Of a stretch of 64,000 bases of DNA, positions 59,429 to 64,000 are shown one piece after another. This DNA is from Chrysomallon squamiferum (Eukaryota > Animalia > Mollusca): contig CM022678.1 in NCBI GenBank assembly GCA_012295275.1, forward strand, positions 6,634,001 through 6,698,000, given 5' to 3'. Made by a program: the position numbers and the translations under genes. Under the pieces are notes generated by a model. It searched no databases. It saw only the letters and a program-made list of their open reading frames with translations, and was not told the origin of the DNA. How positions within the stretch are numbered: position 1 is the stretch's first letter; the number at the start of each line of letters is the position of its first letter.

Positions 59429-59585
59429 TTCAGGATAAAAGCAACCACTGTTGATAATGTTTGTTATTTGGTAAAAAAACAATTTAATAATTATCATTAT
59501 AATTATCATCATAATCATCATCATCATCATCATCATCTTCAGGATAAAAGCAACCACTGTTGATAATGTTTGGTAAAAAAACAAC
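59429..59585. repeat. Two-copy local duplication (ttcaggataaaagcaaccactgttgataatgtttg) within an (ATC/ATT)n tract
   Basis: 35-bp identical copies at about 59429 and 59538. Confidence 0.88.
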
Positions 59586-59746
59586 TTAATAATTAATATT
59601 TAATCTCATGTTGTGTTAATTGTTACACTTGCTGGCTTACTCCTGTTTAATTCATAAACCATTGTTTTTTATTCACGCTTCTCTGATGTCAACAACACAT
59701 GTTATAGAGGATGTCACACACACACACACACAGACAGACACATACA

Positions 59747-59787
<41 letters not shown>

Positions 59788-59929
59788 ACACACACATAGA
59801 CAAACACACACACACACACACACACAAACATACAGACATGCACAGACACACACACACATGCACACACAGACACACATATAGACACACACATACAGACATG
59901 CACAGACACACACATACAGACATGCACAA

Positions 59930-59960
<31 letters not shown>

Positions 59961-60072
59961 CACATCACACATCTGTGTCCAACTATATACATATATACAC
60001 ACACATCTGTCTATCTTTGTAAAACTGTATCTGTGTCCAACTATATACATATATACATATCTGTCTATCTAC

Positions 60073-60132
<60 letters not shown>

Positions 60133-60938
60133 TAGATAGACAGATTGACAGATAGATGTGTGTATATATTTATGAATATTTATACATGCATGTGTGTGTG
60201 TGTGTGTGTGTGTGTTACTAAATGTACATCAGAAAAATTAATCATCAAAAAGATCAATGTAAGTATAAGCCAAACAGGAATACAGACATAGAGAGAGAGA
60301 ATATAAAATAAAAAGAAAGACAAATACATGTGTGTGTATATGTGAATAAACACACACACACACACACACACACACAAAGGAAAAAACAAATTATCAAGAA
60401 CAGTGAGAGTAAGGAAAAAGATTTAAAAAAAGAAGAAAAAAAAAAAGAAAAAAAAAAAAAAATAGTATTCAAAAATTTATTTATGAGTGGAACTGAAAAC
60501 CAGACAACCTAGCTATATAGTAAATTTATTAAAGTACACACAAATTTCTATTTTAGTTTCAGGTGATGATAAAAGTGCAAATATCTTCTTTTTTTTCCTT
60601 TTTTTTTTTTTTTTTTTTACAGATAAAGTACAGACAGTTGTGAAAACAGCTGACACAGAACTACTGATAAAGATTTATTTAATGACCAACAACTAAAAAA
60701 AAAGAAAAAAAAAACATAATTCATCTTCCTTGTTTATATTGCATGTCTGTTTCTTCTTTCATATTCTTTTACTTTTTTCTTTTTTTTATAGATTTTTTTT
60801 TTTATATAAAATTATTTCCCTCTTTGTATAAGGTTAGATTATTATCATTATTCTTATTAATACCGTAATTTGTAATATTCTGGTTGTTATTTTGGGCGTT
60901 TTTGTTTTTGTTAATAGTAGAAGTTGTTGTAGTAGTAA

Positions 60939-60970
<32 letters not shown>

Positions 60971-61058
60971 ATAATTTTAATACTATGGTTGTTATTTTGG
61001 TTGTTTTTGTTATTAATAGAAGTAGTAATAGTAGTAGTAGTAGTAATTGTAGTAGTAC

Positions 61059-61102
<44 letters not shown>

Positions 61103-62240
61103 ATTGTAGTAGTAGTAGTAGTAGTAGTAGTAGTAAGTATATTATTAGCCATTTCGATCTTTCTTAATACTTATGGATTAACTACTAAGCTAAATAACAA
61201 ATGTATTTATATAAAAAAAATAATAATAATAAAAAAATAAAAAAATAAAAATAGAAGGGAACAAAACAAAACAAAAACAAAGGACAATACAAAATAGAAA
61301 AAAAGAAGAAAAATAATAATAAAGTTAAAGGTCAAAGGTCACACACTGGCTTGTAACTCAATACAATCCATTTATACTTTAGATTCTGTGAATAATACTG
61401 ATTAAAAGAAAAGAGAGAGAGAGAGAGAAAAAAATGAAGAAGAAGAAGAGGAAACAGCATGAGAGAGAGAGAGCAAAAAATAGAAGAGGAAGAAGAAAAT
61501 AAAAAAATGAATAAAAGATGAAAAGTGAAATGAGATTCAGAAGAAAAAAACAATTTTGAAGAAGGAAGTAAATTCCATAAATAAAATTAAAAAAAATATT
61601 AAAAAAAAAAGAAAGGGTGAAAGAAAGAAAGAAAGAAAAGAAAAGTACACCAAAAATAATTAAATAAATAAATAATAACAGTAACAACAACAAAAACAAC
61701 AACAACATCATCATCAGTCATCACCATCATAACACAAAAAAATTAAATTACAAATTTCCGAAATTTAATCAACCTTTACTCAGCTGTAGTAAAAAAAAGC
61801 ACAAAAAAAAACACACAAACATTACATTAATAAAAAAATTAAAAAATGTAAAAATTCTATTAAAAATCGATTCTAAAATTCACCTGGGTGCCGAAACGCA
61901 ATTTTTATTTCACATCGAGCTTAAATAATTCACACGTACCTATACAATATTTATGTTAATGCAGTTCCACATTTCAGGACCGGTAACTGTTTACTGGCTG
62001 CACTTATAAATCATTTGTATTCAGTGAATGAATGTTGGTTTAATGACATGTAAGCACATTTGGTGTCAGTTGTTATTATAATTCGTGTCACATGGTTTTC
62101 TGTAATGGCGGTGTAAGAGATCACCCCCTACAGCCATTATTAATGGGATTATTCTTGTTATCTGCGTATGTGTGTGTGTATTTGTATAATCTGTATTATG
62201 TAGATGAAGAGGGTGTGTGTGTGTATAATGTGTGTGGTCA

Positions 62241-62277
<37 letters not shown>

Positions 62278-62517
62278 TTTAAGCACGTTTTTCTGTATGT
62301 TTCTACACACACACACACCACACACACATCTGTATGAGTGTGTGTGTTCTGTGTACATATATATGTGTGTGTATGTATGTATGTATGTATGTAGGCATAT
62401 ATATATATATATATATGTATGTATATGTATGTATATGTATGTATGTATGTATGTATGTATATATGTATGTATATATGTATGTATATATACATGTATGTAT
62501 GTATGTATGTATGTATG

Positions 62518-62554
<37 letters not shown>

Positions 62555-62900
62555 ATGTATAAAGATATAGATACACACAAACACACACACACACACACAC
62601 ACACAAACGTATATCTTTAACATCTGTGCATGCATGGTGTGTGCATGTGTGTTTATGTAAAATATGAATATACATACACATGTGTTGCATGCTTGTTTAA
62701 CATCATCCACATCAGCTACACAAAACCTACACAACAAATTGCTACAATTATAAACTCGCAAAAAGAATAATCACACATCTCTGTTAATCAATTTGCGACA
62801 ATCAAATTACATTTCCCCCCTGCCATAATAATCAATTTACCTAATATTCGACGGCAAACAAGCAATTAAAAGAAACAAAATTGGTTATTAATATAATATA

Positions 62901-62936
<36 letters not shown>

Positions 62937-63406
62937 GATGCTGGGGTTTTGTTATTTTACAGACAAGGCAATCAATAAGTAATTAGCCAAATTATAGCAG
63001 TATTTGTCAGCTAACTGTTTACATTCAGTGTGGAATAGCAATTGCTGGCTAAGCTTCCGTCGGATAACTGTTGAAGTACGCCTGTTCTGGACATGACCTT
63101 TGACCTCCCTAGACAGTTCTGGCAATCCTTTTCTTATAATGGTAGACGTTATCATTTTATTATTTTTATTTTATTTTTTATTTTGTTTAAATTATTTAAC
63201 TTTTTTATGTTTATTTTTGCTCGCTCTCTCTCTCCAATAACTTCTCCTATTAAACTCAAATTTACAGGCTATTCTGTTTATCTTTCAATTCTATTGTATG
63301 CAGATATAGATACAGATATACAGACACAGGGGAAGAAAGAGAAAAAGAAGAGAGAAGAAAGAATGACAGGAATAGAGACAGAAAAGTGATAAAGAAAGAC
63401 AGATAA

Positions 63407-63477
<71 letters not shown>

Positions 63478-64000
63478 ACATATGGATATTTAGACAAAGA
63501 ATAAAACACAATATTTAACAAATCTTTAGATACTGTAGACACACACACACACACACACACACACATTCTTTTCACTCCCTCAAAACCATCCCCCAAAAAC
63601 CACTTTCCCCCCATCTCCTCTTACACCTCTAATCCACAACCCTCCCCCCCCACACACACACACACATACACTTTTCTTTCACGATCTGAAGAAAAGATAA
63701 ACTAAATCCACAGAAGTCAAAAATCTGGATCAGACCAGACAAATTATCGTCCATATTTATTGATCTGCGAGTGTGTCCGAGAGTGACTTATTTTTCTTCC
63801 AGTTCGCCAATGAAAGCAGTGAGATGCATTCTGCTCCCGGACTGGCGAATGAGTTCCCTGATGCATCATTGTCTGATCGAGAGAAACTAATCAGAGGGAA
63901 AGAAAACCCTGCTGGACAATGACAAGGAGAAGAAGAAGAAGAAGAAGAAGAAGAAGAAGAGCAGTGAAAAATACTGCGTTCTTTTTTACTTTGATCCGAC

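Overview
This is animal genomic DNA, not prokaryotic. It is very AT-rich, saturated with microsatellites, and has spliceosomal GT-AG introns and GC-rich exons. The landscape resembles coleoid cephalopod assemblies, but the taxon is inferred only. Nearly all ORFs in the supplied track are translated microsatellites. Three real protein-coding genes are supported. (1) An uninterrupted LRR-only CDS, + 6391-8756, about 787 aa after removing two single-base insertions. (2) A 12-exon secreted purple acid phosphatase, ACP7/PAPL, + 12289-21227, with a 26-nt microexon, one +1 insertion, and exon 7 partly overwritten by (AT)n/(CA)n. (3) An Ikaros/Hunchback-type C2H2 zinc-finger gene, - 43334-41009, with C-terminal dimerization fingers, a decayed first finger and one +1 insertion. 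The most interesting signal lies downstream of the zinc-finger gene. About 17 kb of ORF-free sequence carries a strand-specific cluster of let-7 and miR-125/lin-4 seed matches. It begins with a six-unit tandem amplification of the gene's own stop-codon region, which multiplies a miR-125 seed match and a let-7-like site, and more let-7 and miR-100 matches lie in the CDS. This suggests a candidate heterochronic miRNA module acting on an Ikaros/Hunchback-like factor, analogous to C. elegans hbl-1. It is a hypothesis from manual motif reading and needs transcript and conservation tests.
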